IMG/VR virus record: IMGVR_UViG_3300049489_000540
Length of the DNA: 27,024 bases
Direction: 5' to 3' (one strand)
Source: a virus
Lineage: Duplodnaviria > Heunggongvirae > Uroviricota > Caudoviricetes
Position 1 is the first letter of the stretch; each line of letters begins with the position of its first letter. A program made the position numbers and the translations under genes. The notes under the pieces are model-generated. The model was not told where the DNA came from. It worked only from the letters and a program-made list of their open reading frames with translations, and searched no databases. Below are positions 1 to 8,731 of the stretch, one piece after another.

Positions 1-13
1 TCTTGAGGCTCGC

Positions 14-223
14 ATGATCAAGTCGGACGGCTGGGACCAGACCATAAATCCCATGCACCAGTTCGATGCGGTAGCTTGGCGTGCAAGCCAGAATCGCAAC
101 GAGCCGATCAATCGTAAGGACATGATCAATCGGCTCAAGAATCTGCTGGTCAAGGATCCGTTCACCCGCGAGGACTACGCTCGCAACGACACCATCAACA
201 TTCTGCTCAAGGAAATCTCATGA
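14..223 (+). CDS. hypothetical protein (may be 5'-truncated by window edge)
   Basis: ORF track; stop overlaps next start (ATGA). Confidence 0.65.
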   Translation: MIKSDGWDQTINPMHQFDAVAWRASQNRNEPINRKDMINRLKNLLVKDPFTREDYARNDTINILLKEIS

Positions 224-813
224 GCGATACATCCAAGCAAATCTGTGTTTTCGTCGGCAAGACGCTGAATACCAAGGAAGATGGTTGGTCCACACCGATC
301 ATGCTCGTCAAGGACAAGCTGCAATACAAGCTGGAGAAGGATTCGGTGGATTTCCCGTATTGGGAGGTCGATACCTACAACAGCGACGATGAATGGACCA
401 AGGGCAACATTCTACTCAACCACAAGATCACGCCCGAGTGCATCAGAATGTCCAAGGAACGGTTCGCCATTCTGGCGAAGCACATCACGGTCTTGACCTA
501 CGATCAGTGGAACAAGGAAGAGGATCTGATTCGGACGGCTGAATTGGAAGCTTCCGAGAAGATCCAAGAGTCGGGCATCCTCGTTCCTGGCTACTACTTC
601 CATACGGGAGTCGCTGACGGCTGCTCAAACTACAAGGTCACCAAGGTCAGTGCCAAGTCGGTCACCGTGTCGCTGCGCAAGTACGGTGACGGCTACCGCG
701 ATCTGTTCTTGGGCTGTGGTCGGCGGCTCTCCATGCGCGACTTCAACACCTACTCGTTTTGGGAGCGTCGGGCTGGTCAAAAGCCGCTTGCCCTTCTGAG
801 AGCTATCCGTTGA
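220..813 (+). CDS. hypothetical protein
   Basis: 197 aa ORF, phage-like codon usage; TGA lies inside -35 box at 810. Confidence 0.85.
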   Translation: MSDTSKQICVFVGKTLNTKEDGWSTPIMLVKDKLQYKLEKDSVDFPYWEVDTYNSDDEWTKGNILLNHKITPECIRMSKERFAILAKHITVLTYDQWNKEEDLIRTAELEASEKIQESGILVPGYYFHTGVADGCSNYKVTKVSAKSVTVSLRKYGDGYRDLFLGCGRRLSMRDFNTYSFWERRAGQKPLALLRAIR

Positions 814-856
814 CTTTTCCTAACAGTCTGCTAACATAAGACCATAGGAGAAGAAA

Positions 857-1072
857 ATGCTTGCAAGCATCGACGGGCATGATAGCGTGACGCTCGCCAA
901 AGATGATGGTAGAATCCTGGGTAGAGCCTATCTGCCTGGTCCCGTCATCAACGTCAACAACCTGGGCAGCGGCAAAGTCGGCGTCATCTACGAGAGCAAC
1001 GGCACGAAGATGTGCCGTATCTTCATCGAAAATGACTACACCTACGATGAGGGTCCAGGCTTTCCACTCTAG
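857..1072 (+). CDS. hypothetical protein
   Basis: Promoter at 810 and AGGAG SD upstream. Confidence 0.8.
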   Translation: MLASIDGHDSVTLAKDDGRILGRAYLPGPVINVNNLGSGKVGVIYESNGTKMCRIFIENDYTYDEGPGFPL

Positions 1073-1080
1073 GAGAGTCC

Positions 1081-1329
1081 ATGCCGAACTCGATTCCGCA
1101 TCCGTGCATCCGTCGTGAGAATGACGGTTTTATTCTGGAATTCAAAAGCGGAGCCAAGATTCCGTTCAGCACGGATCGAGAAGCGAAGCGATATGTCATC
1201 GCCAAGCGGATTCACAAGGACTACGGCATCTGCTATTTTGAATGTGCGCCGAACCGCTACGAGGTCTTTAAGAGAGACGGTGGTGAGCGCAAGATGAAGC
1301 GGACGGCTGACGCGCCCGAGGAATATTAA
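1081..1329 (+). CDS. hypothetical protein
   Basis: AGGAG SD at about 1070; followed by terminator. Confidence 0.8.
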   Translation: MPNSIPHPCIRRENDGFILEFKSGAKIPFSTDREAKRYVIAKRIHKDYGICYFECAPNRYEVFKRDGGERKMKRTADAPEEY

Positions 1330-1351
1330 TCCACAATAGGTAGTGGTCTAA

Positions 1352-1398
1352 GCCGCTCCGAGCTACTAGGGATAGTGGCTCAGGAGCGGTTTTATTAT
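1352..1398 (+). terminator. intrinsic terminator
   Basis: CCGCTCC-GAGCTACTA-GGGA-TAGTGGCTC-A-GGAGCGG hairpin followed by TTTTATTATTT. Confidence 0.75.
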
Positions 1399-1427
1399 TT
1401 GGTTGCTTTTTCTGTTATGATATATGG

Positions 1428-1937
1428 ATGTATCGGCGGAAGTCTATAAAAATCACTGTCAACAATTTAAATGAAATCTTAAATCAAATACGCGATACAT
1501 TTGAGCGGTCAGCCGCCCCTGCTTATCTAAAAAGGAAACTCTCACAAATCCATCCGATTTTTGAAATTGTAAATGCTCCGAAGTGGCAATTGTATGGTCA
1601 GGCATATTTGGTTGGTCAGTATGCAAAAAAGAGTGCTGTGAAAAAGCGGCTGAAATTAAAAGTCAAGACCCATCCAACCGTGGTCATTGACGAAACCTAT
1701 TTCTTTTGTATATTACAGATTAACAAAGGATCCATGCACATCATTTCCCATCGAGGACTACGATACCTAGTAGCTCATGAATTAGCTCACATACTACAGA
1801 TTGTGGCTGATGAAGAAGTCGATGGGCAATACAGCTATTCAACCGCACTAGATCACGATGAAAAATGGGTAAAATACACGAAATGGATGGGCGGCACAGC
1901 GACCGAGATAATACCCTTCAAGGAGATTTGGGTCTGA
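1428..1937 (+). CDS. SprT-like zinc metalloprotease domain protein
   Basis: VAHELAH (HExxH) and downstream H-D-x-x-W..M-G motif typical of SprT-like domains; AT-rich gene; TATGAT-6nt-ATG start. Confidence 0.7.
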   Translation: MYRRKSIKITVNNLNEILNQIRDTFERSAAPAYLKRKLSQIHPIFEIVNAPKWQLYGQAYLVGQYAKKSAVKKRLKLKVKTHPTVVIDETYFFCILQINKGSMHIISHRGLRYLVAHELAHILQIVADEEVDGQYSYSTALDHDEKWVKYTKWMGGTATEIIPFKEIWV

Positions 1938-2030
1938 CATATCCTCCGTTGCCTGCATATTTCTCGCTCAGTGACTTGCGGCGGCTTGCTCACAAATGGA
2001 GCAATTTCACATGCAGCCGTCGTTTGACCT

Positions 2031-2048
2031 GGCGTGTCCAGCATGTGA
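2031..2048 (+). promoter_or_regulatory. 18-bp GGCGTRTCC motif copy
   Basis: GGCGTGTCCAGCATGTGA, 31 nt upstream of -35 at 2080. Confidence 0.6.
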
Positions 2049-2113
2049 AACACCTCATTGGAGTGAAGCGAACGATTGGTTTACTTCCTCGAAAAGCCAG
2101 GTAGAATACAAAC

Positions 2114-2581
2114 ATGCCGAAGCGTATTGGTGGTCGCATCTACCTTCACAAGAACTACATGAAGGTTCTTGGTCCCGATCTGATTCACGAAGTCACCTTT
2201 GCGCTTGAGAAGGCAGAAGAGATACTTGGTTCCTTCGATTGGAATACCCTTAGAATCAAACCTGATCATGTGGGTGGGGCAGAAGAGGTCGCATTCCAAT
2301 TTTCGCCGGATTTCGACTCTGCTGACGAACCAGAGGTCATTCGGACGGTCACTGTGCGCCTGGATGGCTCTGATTGGTCGGTTGTCAACCTCCATGACCA
2401 CAACGGCATGATCTGGCACCACAAGTGGATGTGGGTCGATTCGGACTACACAGGCTTCGACTATGTAGCTAGTAAAGCTCGTAGTGCCTTGTGGAAGCCG
2501 CATGTACGCAAGGACGAGCTTCCCAAGATCGGCAACAAGAAGTTCTGGGAGTCCATACGGAGCCGCTGGGAAAGTTCTTGA
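2114..2581 (+). CDS. hypothetical protein resembling the non-catalytic PDFD-containing domain of DNA-phosphorothioation-associated methyltransferases
   Basis: Motifs IYLHKN, FSPDFDSADEP, IWHHKWMWVDSDY, IGNKKFW resemble LYVH/YPDFDxxPHP/xLHRKExFVxxDY/IGxxxxW as I recall them; leaderless start. Confidence 0.55.
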   Translation: MPKRIGGRIYLHKNYMKVLGPDLIHEVTFALEKAEEILGSFDWNTLRIKPDHVGGAEEVAFQFSPDFDSADEPEVIRTVTVRLDGSDWSVVNLHDHNGMIWHHKWMWVDSDYTGFDYVASKARSALWKPHVRKDELPKIGNKKFWESIRSRWESS

Positions 2582-2610
2582 TTTTTGAAAGATGCTGGTA
2601 AGCTGCTGGC

Positions 2611-3057
2611 ATGAACGAGTACAAGACCGCCATCGCCCGCAACCGCCCTTCGGCTCCCGCCAAGTGGCTGCATGAGAACGGCAAGCTGATCGGTAAGATG
2701 CTCGACTACGGCTGTGGTCGTGGCAAGGACGCCGACACCTACGGCATGGACAAGTACGATCCGCACTACTTCCCCGAGCTTGCGGTGATGGGTCTGGAAA
2801 TTCTCTTCGACTCCTATGACACTATCATGTGCAACTTCGTGCTGAACGTGATCGACAGCGAAGTGATGCGTACCATGGCACTCATCTACATTCGCAATCT
2901 GCTCAAGGAAGGTGGCAAGGCGTACATTTCGGTTCGCAACGACAAGAGCAAGCTCAAGGGTCGCACCAAGACCGGCACATGGCAGGGTCTGATCACACTG
3001 GATCTGCCCGTCGTGAACAAGACTAGCAGCTACACCATGTATCTCTTGGAAAAGTGA
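2611..3057 (+). CDS. class I SAM-dependent methyltransferase (Dnd-associated-like)
   Basis: LDYGCGRGKD SAM motif, YDP.Y.P, NFVLNVI, N-terminal YKTAIARNRPSAP; leaderless start. Confidence 0.8.
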   Translation: MNEYKTAIARNRPSAPAKWLHENGKLIGKMLDYGCGRGKDADTYGMDKYDPHYFPELAVMGLEILFDSYDTIMCNFVLNVIDSEVMRTMALIYIRNLLKEGGKAYISVRNDKSKLKGRTKTGTWQGLITLDLPVVNKTSSYTMYLLEK

Positions 3058-3091
3058 ATTGACTTTTCCAAAAGACTGATAGGATACAGAC

Positions 3092-3337
3092 ATGAATCCA
3101 CATTCGACTCCCGCCAAGCATCTCAAGCTCATGGTCAAGAATTTCAGCGAACCCGCTGCGAATCTCGACAACTACCGTGATCGTGACATCAACAAGGCAT
3201 GGGAGGACGAGAACCTACCGCTGTTTCAGATGATTCCGCCGACCAAGGGTTCGATCATCAACATCGAGTGCGCCTTCCGCGTCGATTTCATCGAATACGC
3301 TGGCGGCAAGATCGTTCTCTGGGTGTCGAAGGTCTAA
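3092..3337 (+). CDS. hypothetical protein
   Basis: Leaderless promoter at 3059. Confidence 0.85.
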   Translation: MNPHSTPAKHLKLMVKNFSEPAANLDNYRDRDINKAWEDENLPLFQMIPPTKGSIINIECAFRVDFIEYAGGKIVLWVSKV

Positions 3338-3338
3338 C

Positions 3339-3584
3339 ATGTACTTCACCATCGTTCACGATCATACGGCTCATTCCAGCCAGCATGATCATCGGCTATT
3401 CCTCTGCAATGATGGTGCGTTCCGCAGCGGCATCTGGTCAGGCTGCTCTGGCTCGACCTACTGCTACAAGCGGCTGTCCGCTGCCATGGCGCGGTTCGCC
3501 AAGGTGAACAAGAAGGAATTTCCGAACGCCTGCATCGTGGCGGAAGATGGCGGCTACACCTGGAACATTCACCGAGTCAAGTGA
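3339..3584 (+). CDS. hypothetical protein
   Basis: Abuts neighbouring ORFs; codon usage. Confidence 0.75.
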   Translation: MYFTIVHDHTAHSSQHDHRLFLCNDGAFRSGIWSGCSGSTYCYKRLSAAMARFAKVNKKEFPNACIVAEDGGYTWNIHRVK

Positions 3585-4171
3585 GAGATACTGCCATGAA
3601 GATCACCACCGAAATCCACACCACCATCAGGATCACTGATGTCGAAACGACTTGGGATCGACTCGAAGCACTGACGAAGATGGTGAAGAAGATTTACAAG
3701 GATGCGACCGTCAATTACAACGGCACCAGTTGCAATGGTTTCATGCTGGTGTTCCCTGGTGCGATCAGTGAGGCGCTGGACGAAAAGAAGATTCTGGCTG
3801 CTCTGGCTGCTGGTGACAAGGTGGACCAGGACCGCGAGGAAGATAACAAGAAGTTCGCTCTGGCGTTCGAGATTCCCACCATTCCGAAGTATTCGTTGAA
3901 GCCGTCGAATCAGAAGAAGGCGGCTGACGAACTGGTGGATCTGATCGCCAGCTACATCGTGGATTTCCATGGGCATCGGAACAAGAAAGAGTGGAGCGAG
4001 GCATGTTGCTGCGCTGGTGACCTCATGGATTACGTCGATCTGCTCAAAGCCATCATCGCTGGTGACAAGAAGGCGGCTGTCAAGGAAATTCGGTCGATGG
4101 ACACTTCGCCCCGTGAGAACCTTTCCGATGTGGTGCGTCGGTGGTGCGGCGATGAGGAAGAGGACGATTGA
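3581..4171 (+). CDS. hypothetical protein
   Basis: 196 aa ORF (start may be ATG 3596); TGA inside -35 at 4168. Confidence 0.85.
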   Translation: MRDTAMKITTEIHTTIRITDVETTWDRLEALTKMVKKIYKDATVNYNGTSCNGFMLVFPGAISEALDEKKILAALAAGDKVDQDREEDNKKFALAFEIPTIPKYSLKPSNQKKAADELVDLIASYIVDFHGHRNKKEWSEACCCAGDLMDYVDLLKAIIAGDKKAAVKEIRSMDTSPRENLSDVVRRWCGDEEEDD

Positions 4172-4200
4172 CTTCTGCCAGAAGCTGGTAGAGTACAAAC

Positions 4201-4434
4201 ATGAAGAACATCATCAATGTCGGTGACATGGTGACCTATCGTGGTGGCTTCGGTGGCGATCCGCCGAAGCGTGCCAAGGTCGTGGGACTGACCCTGACCG
4301 ACGAGCCGCGTGAGAAGTACGGTCAGGAGGTTCTGTCGGTGGATGTGCAGAGCGTCAAGGCGAACCGCGTGCTGTTCGATCTGGACGATGGGCACTGGTG
4401 CTACAGCGATCAAATCGTATTCAAGAAGGGCTAA
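4201..4434 (+). CDS. hypothetical protein (small beta-barrel-like)
   Basis: Leaderless promoter at 4168; INVGDMVTYRGG start pattern. Confidence 0.85.
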   Translation: MKNIINVGDMVTYRGGFGGDPPKRAKVVGLTLTDEPREKYGQEVLSVDVQSVKANRVLFDLDDGHWCYSDQIVFKKG

Positions 4435-4435
4435 C

Positions 4436-4615
4436 ATGAAAGACTATGATATTCTCAGCGAACGCATCCATGATGCGGATTCCGAAGTCAACGAGAACAT
4501 GGTGCATTGGCTCCATGAGTATCTGAACGGTGGCTGCACCCGTGAGAAGCTGATGACCGTGTTCATGCAGGCTTATGAGAAGCAGGAAGTTATCGATCCG
4601 CCGTGGGTGAGCTAA
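4436..4615 (+). CDS. hypothetical protein (start corrected to MKDYDIL)
   Basis: ATG 1 nt after upstream TAA; in frame with track ORF 4310-4615. Confidence 0.75.
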   Translation: MKDYDILSERIHDADSEVNENMVHWLHEYLNGGCTREKLMTVFMQAYEKQEVIDPPWVS

Positions 4616-4655
4616 AAGCTTATTGACTTTTCCAAAAGTCTGATAGAGTACAAAC

Positions 4656-4937
4656 ATGAGCAAAGCTAGAACCATTCCCTTCTTCGATGCCATCGACCGC
4701 ATGCAGATGGCAGACCTCGTTCTCATCACCTTCGATGATGGTACTTCCCGTCCCGCTTCGTCTGTCGGCTGGGAGGAAGAGGGTGAGGAAAAGAGCGATT
4801 TCGTCCTGGGTGGCACTGACACCGGCATGGATGATATCTACTTCACCTTCGGTAAGCGCGTGAAGGTGGACAAGGACGGTAATCTGCTGCCCAGCGGCTA
4901 CACAGTCAAGGTCGGCACCTACGACAAGCGCACTTGA
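4656..4937 (+). CDS. hypothetical protein
   Basis: Leaderless promoter at 4623; TGA inside next -35. Confidence 0.85.
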   Translation: MSKARTIPFFDAIDRMQMADLVLITFDDGTSRPASSVGWEEEGEEKSDFVLGGTDTGMDDIYFTFGKRVKVDKDGNLLPSGYTVKVGTYDKRT

Positions 4938-4985
4938 CTTCCTCGATTTCCTCGATAACATCAAACCCATACAGGAGAACAGAAC

Positions 4986-5183
4986 ATGGCGTCCAAGATC
5001 ACCGTCAGCACCAAGGGCTGGAACTACAATCCCTTCAAGAAGGGCGGCAACCGTTCCGGCGCTGGTAAGGAACTCAAGAAGCGTGCTGTGTGGTGGGAGA
5101 AGGGCTGGGCACCGCAGAACGCCTCCCCGACCCGCTGCGCCGTGCCGCACACGAAGAAGCAGAGGCGATCCCAGGTCGTCTGA
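4986..5183 (+). CDS. small basic hypothetical protein
   Basis: Promoter at 4934 and AGGAG SD; K/R-rich. Confidence 0.8.
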   Translation: MASKITVSTKGWNYNPFKKGGNRSGAGKELKKRAVWWEKGWAPQNASPTRCAVPHTKKQRRSQVV

Positions 5184-5189
5184 TGCACA

Positions 5190-5632
5190 TCAAATCTCAT
5201 ATCGTTGGGGTGACCGTATGAGATTATCCGCAAGGACGAGTCATTGACTTGACCGTAGCTCATGCAACTTTCTAGATAAGGTGCATGTAGAAGACATCCC
5301 TCCCTTTACAAATCTATACAGTGACTCAAGAGTGACCAGTAAGCCCTTATACGGCTGGGATTGATCCCCCCGAGAAAGAACTGGTATCAAACCATATCGT
5401 TAGTGTCAATAGTTTAGCACGCTCCCCTTTAAAGGGAGAAGAACCGGAGCATAACCGGTACGCTCGCAAATACCGATGAATACTGTTGCAACGGTCGGTG
5501 GTTCCTAAGTCTGGTCACTCTTGAGTCACTGTACAGCATGGCAAGCAGTCCCATGGTGGGAACAGACCCCTGGTGAGGCATCGAGCATACCGTTCCAGAC
5601 CGGCACTTGCTCTGCCCACCAGGGGGTTGCTT
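5190..5632 (+). ncRNA. candidate structured ncRNA (about 440 nt)
   Basis: No credible ORF; perfect 23-bp inverted repeat 5317-5339/5511-5533; hairpins 5193-5225, 5227-5236 (GCAA loop), 5422-5438, 5567-5625; GNRA loops and G-U pairs favour + strand. Confidence 0.5.
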
Positions 5633-5659
5633 TTTTCCAAAGGCTGATAGAATCCAATT

Positions 5660-6448
5660 ATGCGCGTGGTAAGCCTCTTCGACGGTATCGCTTGTGGGCG
5701 TCTTGCTCTCCAGCGGCTCAACATTCCCGTCACCAGCTACAAGGCATCTGAAATCGAAAAGCATGCGATCACGGTTGCTCGTAGCAACTTTCCCGACATT
5801 GAGCATGTCGGTGATGTGACGCAGCTTTATGTCGGTGAAGGTGAATGCGATCTGCTGATGGCTGGCAGCCCATGCCAAGGATTTAGCTGCTCAGGCAAGC
5901 GGCTGAATTTCGAAGATCCTCGCTCCAAGCTCTTCTGGGAATTCGTGCGTATTCTCAAGGAATCCAAGCCTCGCTATTTTTTCCTTGAGAATAATCGGAT
6001 GAAGCCGATCTGGCAAGATATCATCAGTGAAGCCGTTGGCTGCAAGCCGCTGCACATCGACGCTGGCACTATTTCGGCACAGCATCGTGAGCGGCTGTAC
6101 TGGACCAATATTCCTGGTGCTTGTGTTCCCGAGCCGAAGCCGAAGTTTCTGTCGGAAATCATCGGTGAATACGACAAGAAGATTTGGATCTATCCCCGTG
6201 GTCATACCGATAAGGGTGTGTACGATTACGAGGACAAGTGCCCGACCATCACCATTTCGTCATGGGAAGGAAATTTCTTCTACCTTCGCAACGGTGAGAA
6301 GATTCGCTTCACGCCAGAGCAAGCCGAAGAAATTCAAGGTCTGCCCATCGGCTACACCGCAATGGTTCCCAAGACGGTGCGCTTCAAGAAGGTCGGTAAT
6401 GGCTGGTCGATGCCCGTGATTGAGCATCTGTTCAGCGGCTTGAAGTAG
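5660..6448 (+). CDS. DNA (cytosine-5)-methyltransferase
   Basis: Motifs I (SLFDGIACG), IV (GSPCQGFS), VI (ENN), VIII (HRERLYW), X (VGNGWS); leaderless start. Confidence 0.95.
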   Translation: MRVVSLFDGIACGRLALQRLNIPVTSYKASEIEKHAITVARSNFPDIEHVGDVTQLYVGEGECDLLMAGSPCQGFSCSGKRLNFEDPRSKLFWEFVRILKESKPRYFFLENNRMKPIWQDIISEAVGCKPLHIDAGTISAQHRERLYWTNIPGACVPEPKPKFLSEIIGEYDKKIWIYPRGHTDKGVYDYEDKCPTITISSWEGNFFYLRNGEKIRFTPEQAEEIQGLPIGYTAMVPKTVRFKKVGNGWSMPVIEHLFSGLK

Positions 6449-6513
6449 CTTATTTTCCAAGTGCTATTTTCAGCACCAGGCGAAGGTGCTATTTTTATGT
6501 GCTTATTTCGAGC

Positions 6514-6531
6514 GGCGTGTCCGCTGTATCA
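6514..6531 (+). promoter_or_regulatory. 18-bp GGCGTRTCC motif copy
   Basis: GGCGTGTCCGCTGTATCA at a convergent junction. Confidence 0.7.
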
Positions 6532-6552
6532 TTCACTATTTTAGAAACGCGA

Positions 6553-6576
6553 AAAGCCACTCGATCGAGTGGCTTT
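6553..6576. terminator. bidirectional terminator-like palindrome
   Basis: AAAGCCACTCGATCGAGTGGCTTT perfect palindrome between convergent genes. Confidence 0.75.
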
Positions 6577-6581
6577 CCTTT

Positions 6582-6830
6582 TTATGAACCGATTTGCATG
6601 TAGTAGCCAGGCGCGACCACCCGCACCTTGTTGGCGTCCTTCACATCGAAGAACTCAGCACCACCACCGCAGAAGAAACCAATCGCAGCATCGACCACAT
6701 TGATCTTGTCACGCGGAATGACCTTGCTGATGGGCATTTTCCAATTCGGCTTGGGCTTCACCAGATCGATGCCCTCTTGAAGCTGCTTGCGATTGAACCC
6801 AAGGAAAACGGGCTTCGGGTCGTTCATCAT
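6582..6830 (-). CDS. hypothetical protein (start corrected to MMNDPK)
   Basis: Track ORF 6582-6887 overlaps the upstream gene; internal ATG fits the packing. Confidence 0.75.
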   Translation of the reverse strand: MMNDPKPVFLGFNRKQLQEGIDLVKPKPNWKMPISKVIPRDKINVVDAAIGFFCGGGAEFFDVKDANKVRVVAPGYYMQIGS

Positions 6831-6847
6831 GTCTTGGATGGGATCGC

Positions 6848-7204
6848 TCACTTGACCACCTCCGTGCCCCACTCGGGCTTGAACCAATCCAGACGGGTCG
6901 CATAGAACCAGACCTGACGATCCTTGCCGCAGAAGGTGCCGCCTTGGGCGATGGTGAGGTCATCGGTCGGCATGACATCGGGATCGGGACCACCACCGAA
7001 CTGCGGAGGCGAAGTCGGATACGAGAGATAGCTGCGCATGCCCTCCTTACCCACCGCCCACCAGACGTTGCGGGAACCACCGTCCCAATAGCCACCGTAG
7101 AGGCTCACGGGCTTGTCGGTCACGATGACCACAGCGGTGTTCTTGCGCGTGCCGAGAACACGCTTGCCGAGAGAGGTCAGCTTGAAGGTATGATGCTCGC
7201 GCAT
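6848..7204 (-). CDS. hypothetical protein
   Basis: Promoter at 7248 and AAGGA SD. Confidence 0.85.
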   Translation of the reverse strand: MREHHTFKLTSLGKRVLGTRKNTAVVIVTDKPVSLYGGYWDGGSRNVWWAVGKEGMRSYLSYPTSPPQFGGGPDPDVMPTDDLTIAQGGTFCGKDRQVWFYATRLDWFKPEWGTEVVK

Positions 7205-7253
7205 GGTGTTTCCTTGATGGTTTGTATTCTAGCAGACTTTCGCAACAAGTCAA

Positions 7254-7556
7254 CTACTCGTCGCAACCACCACCATAGCAACCATAGTCCTCGTCGGTCC
7301 CCATGCCAGCGGACGCCAGCGTGTCCGCATCGGCTTCCACATCGGTCATGGAGTCCTCTGGCTCGTCCCGCTCGTTCTCGACCTCATGCTCCACGATTTC
7401 CCCCAAGGAAATGTAGAGAGTCACCAACTGCTCACCGACCCAGCCACGAATCCAGCCGGTATCGTCGGAGATTTCCTCGTTGATGGGATTGAACGAATCC
7501 GCCTCCGCGAATCCACGCTCAGTGAGGTAGGTCTTGGCAGCGTCGGTCCAGGTCAT
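7254..7556 (-). CDS. acidic hypothetical protein (start MTWTD)
   Basis: TAGGAT-6nt-ATG at 7556. Confidence 0.8.
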   Translation of the reverse strand: MTWTDAAKTYLTERGFAEADSFNPINEEISDDTGWIRGWVGEQLVTLYISLGEIVEHEVENERDEPEDSMTDVEADADTLASAGMGTDEDYGCYGGGCDE

Positions 7557-7621
7557 GTTCATATCCTATCACACTCTTGGAATAATCAACAACCAACTTC
7601 CATTGAGAACATTCGAGTGCA

Positions 7622-7639
7622 TGATACACCGGACACGCC
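7622..7639 (-). promoter_or_regulatory. 18-bp GGCGTRTCC motif copy
   Basis: GGCGTGTCCGGTGTATCA, 32 nt upstream of -35 at 7584. Confidence 0.75.
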
Positions 7640-7676
7640 GCCGCAGCCTGGTGGTAACACCAAGCTGCTCGATAGT

Positions 7677-7949
7677 TTAGACGAAGTAGACTTCGCCCCG
7701 CTGACCCTTGCGCAGCACACCGTCCCAATCGTGCGGCTTGACATAGTAGCGACCGCTGATCGGATCCATGACGGGAATGCGGATCTTGTCGGGCGCATTC
7801 TCGTAGAAGGCGATGTGGTTGCCGTCCATCAGCAGATCGTACAGTGGCTTGGTGATGCGGCTGATGCCGCAATTGCTGGTGCAGTCGCGCCGAGTATGGA
7901 CGATTGCGCCCGTGATCTTGTTCTTGATGATGAGATTGCGATAGCTCAT
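7677..7949 (-). CDS. hypothetical protein (start MSYRN)
   Basis: ATGA overlap with upstream ORF. Confidence 0.75.
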   Translation of the reverse strand: MSYRNLIIKNKITGAIVHTRRDCTSNCGISRITKPLYDLLMDGNHIAFYENAPDKIRIPVMDPISGRYYVKPHDWDGVLRKGQRGEVYFV

Positions 7950-8116
7950 TTCTTCGCCTTCTTCTTCACCTTCTTCGCCTTCTTCTCTTGGGGAAGCGGG
8001 GGAAGCGTATCGTCCTCGCCGCCGAAGAAGCAAGAGCAGTTCTTGCAGTCGGGGTTCTGGCACGAACCTTGAACGATTTCGGTGCCGCAGAGATCACAGT
8101 GTGAGGATGAAGCCAC
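7946..8116 (-). CDS. small Cys-rich, Lys-tailed protein (not in ORF track)
   Basis: GTG start with AAAGGA SD after promoter 8163; MASSSHCDLCGTEIVQGSCQNPDCKNCSCFF...KKAKKVKKKAKK. Confidence 0.7.
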   Translation of the reverse strand: MASSSHCDLCGTEIVQGSCQNPDCKNCSCFFGGEDDTLPPLPQEKKAKKVKKKAKK

Positions 8117-8164
8117 GGGTGTTTCCTTTGGTATGTGTCTACTCTATCACAATATTGAACTATG

Positions 8165-8731
8165 TCAAGCGACTCGTTTGCTCGTCCAGATTTCCAGATC
8201 CAGCGTTGCGGGATCGCAGCCACGCGCATCGCAGATCGCAAGGTACTGTGCTTCCAGTGCGAGGTACTTGCGCGGCTGCGTCGGAGTAGCCTTGGGAGCC
8301 ACGATGCCTTGCTCGTTGAGCCACTTGAGGATGTGGGTGTCCAGCGTGGCGCAGCGGAAACCAGGACGCGAATGCATGAGGAAGAATCGCGCAGTCTTGA
8401 GTCCGACCACCAGTTGCAGTTGCTCCACGGTCACATTGCGCAGCGACCACGGCAGATTCGCCACGGTGTCGAACACCTTGGCAAGCCGATTGTACTGCCC
8501 GAGCTTCACCCGCTCCAGTTGCTGACGCAGCACACCGTCACGGATGAAGGCACGGATGATGCCGAACGGAGTGTCGAAGGGAGCGGAAATGCCAGTTTCG
8601 AGCAGGAAATCCGCCAGTTTCTTGCTCTGGACTTTGCTGTTCTTACCCGCAACCACGATTGCGAACAGCAAGAACTCTTCCAATTCCGCATCGCTGCGGA
8701 GGTAGTTGGTCACTTCGGCAGGATTGATCAC
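8165..8731 (-). CDS. HhH-GPD superfamily DNA glycosylase-like protein (Ogg2-like)
   Basis: VGLKTARFFL HhH-like motif, ATLDTHILKWL, C-terminal LDLEIW resemble archaeal-type 8-oxoG glycosylases. Confidence 0.65.
   Translation of the reverse strand: MINPAEVTNYLRSDAELEEFLLFAIVVAGKNSKVQSKKLADFLLETGISAPFDTPFGIIRAFIRDGVLRQQLERVKLGQYNRLAKVFDTVANLPWSLRNVTVEQLQLVVGLKTARFFLMHSRPGFRCATLDTHILKWLNEQGIVAPKATPTQPRKYLALEAQYLAICDARGCDPATLDLEIWTSKRVA

Noticed and set aside
5317-5533. Retron msr-msd, DGR or IS200/605 end
   Set aside because: The inverted repeat is suggestive, but there is no reverse transcriptase, TnpA/TnpB/IscB or TR/VR pair in the window.
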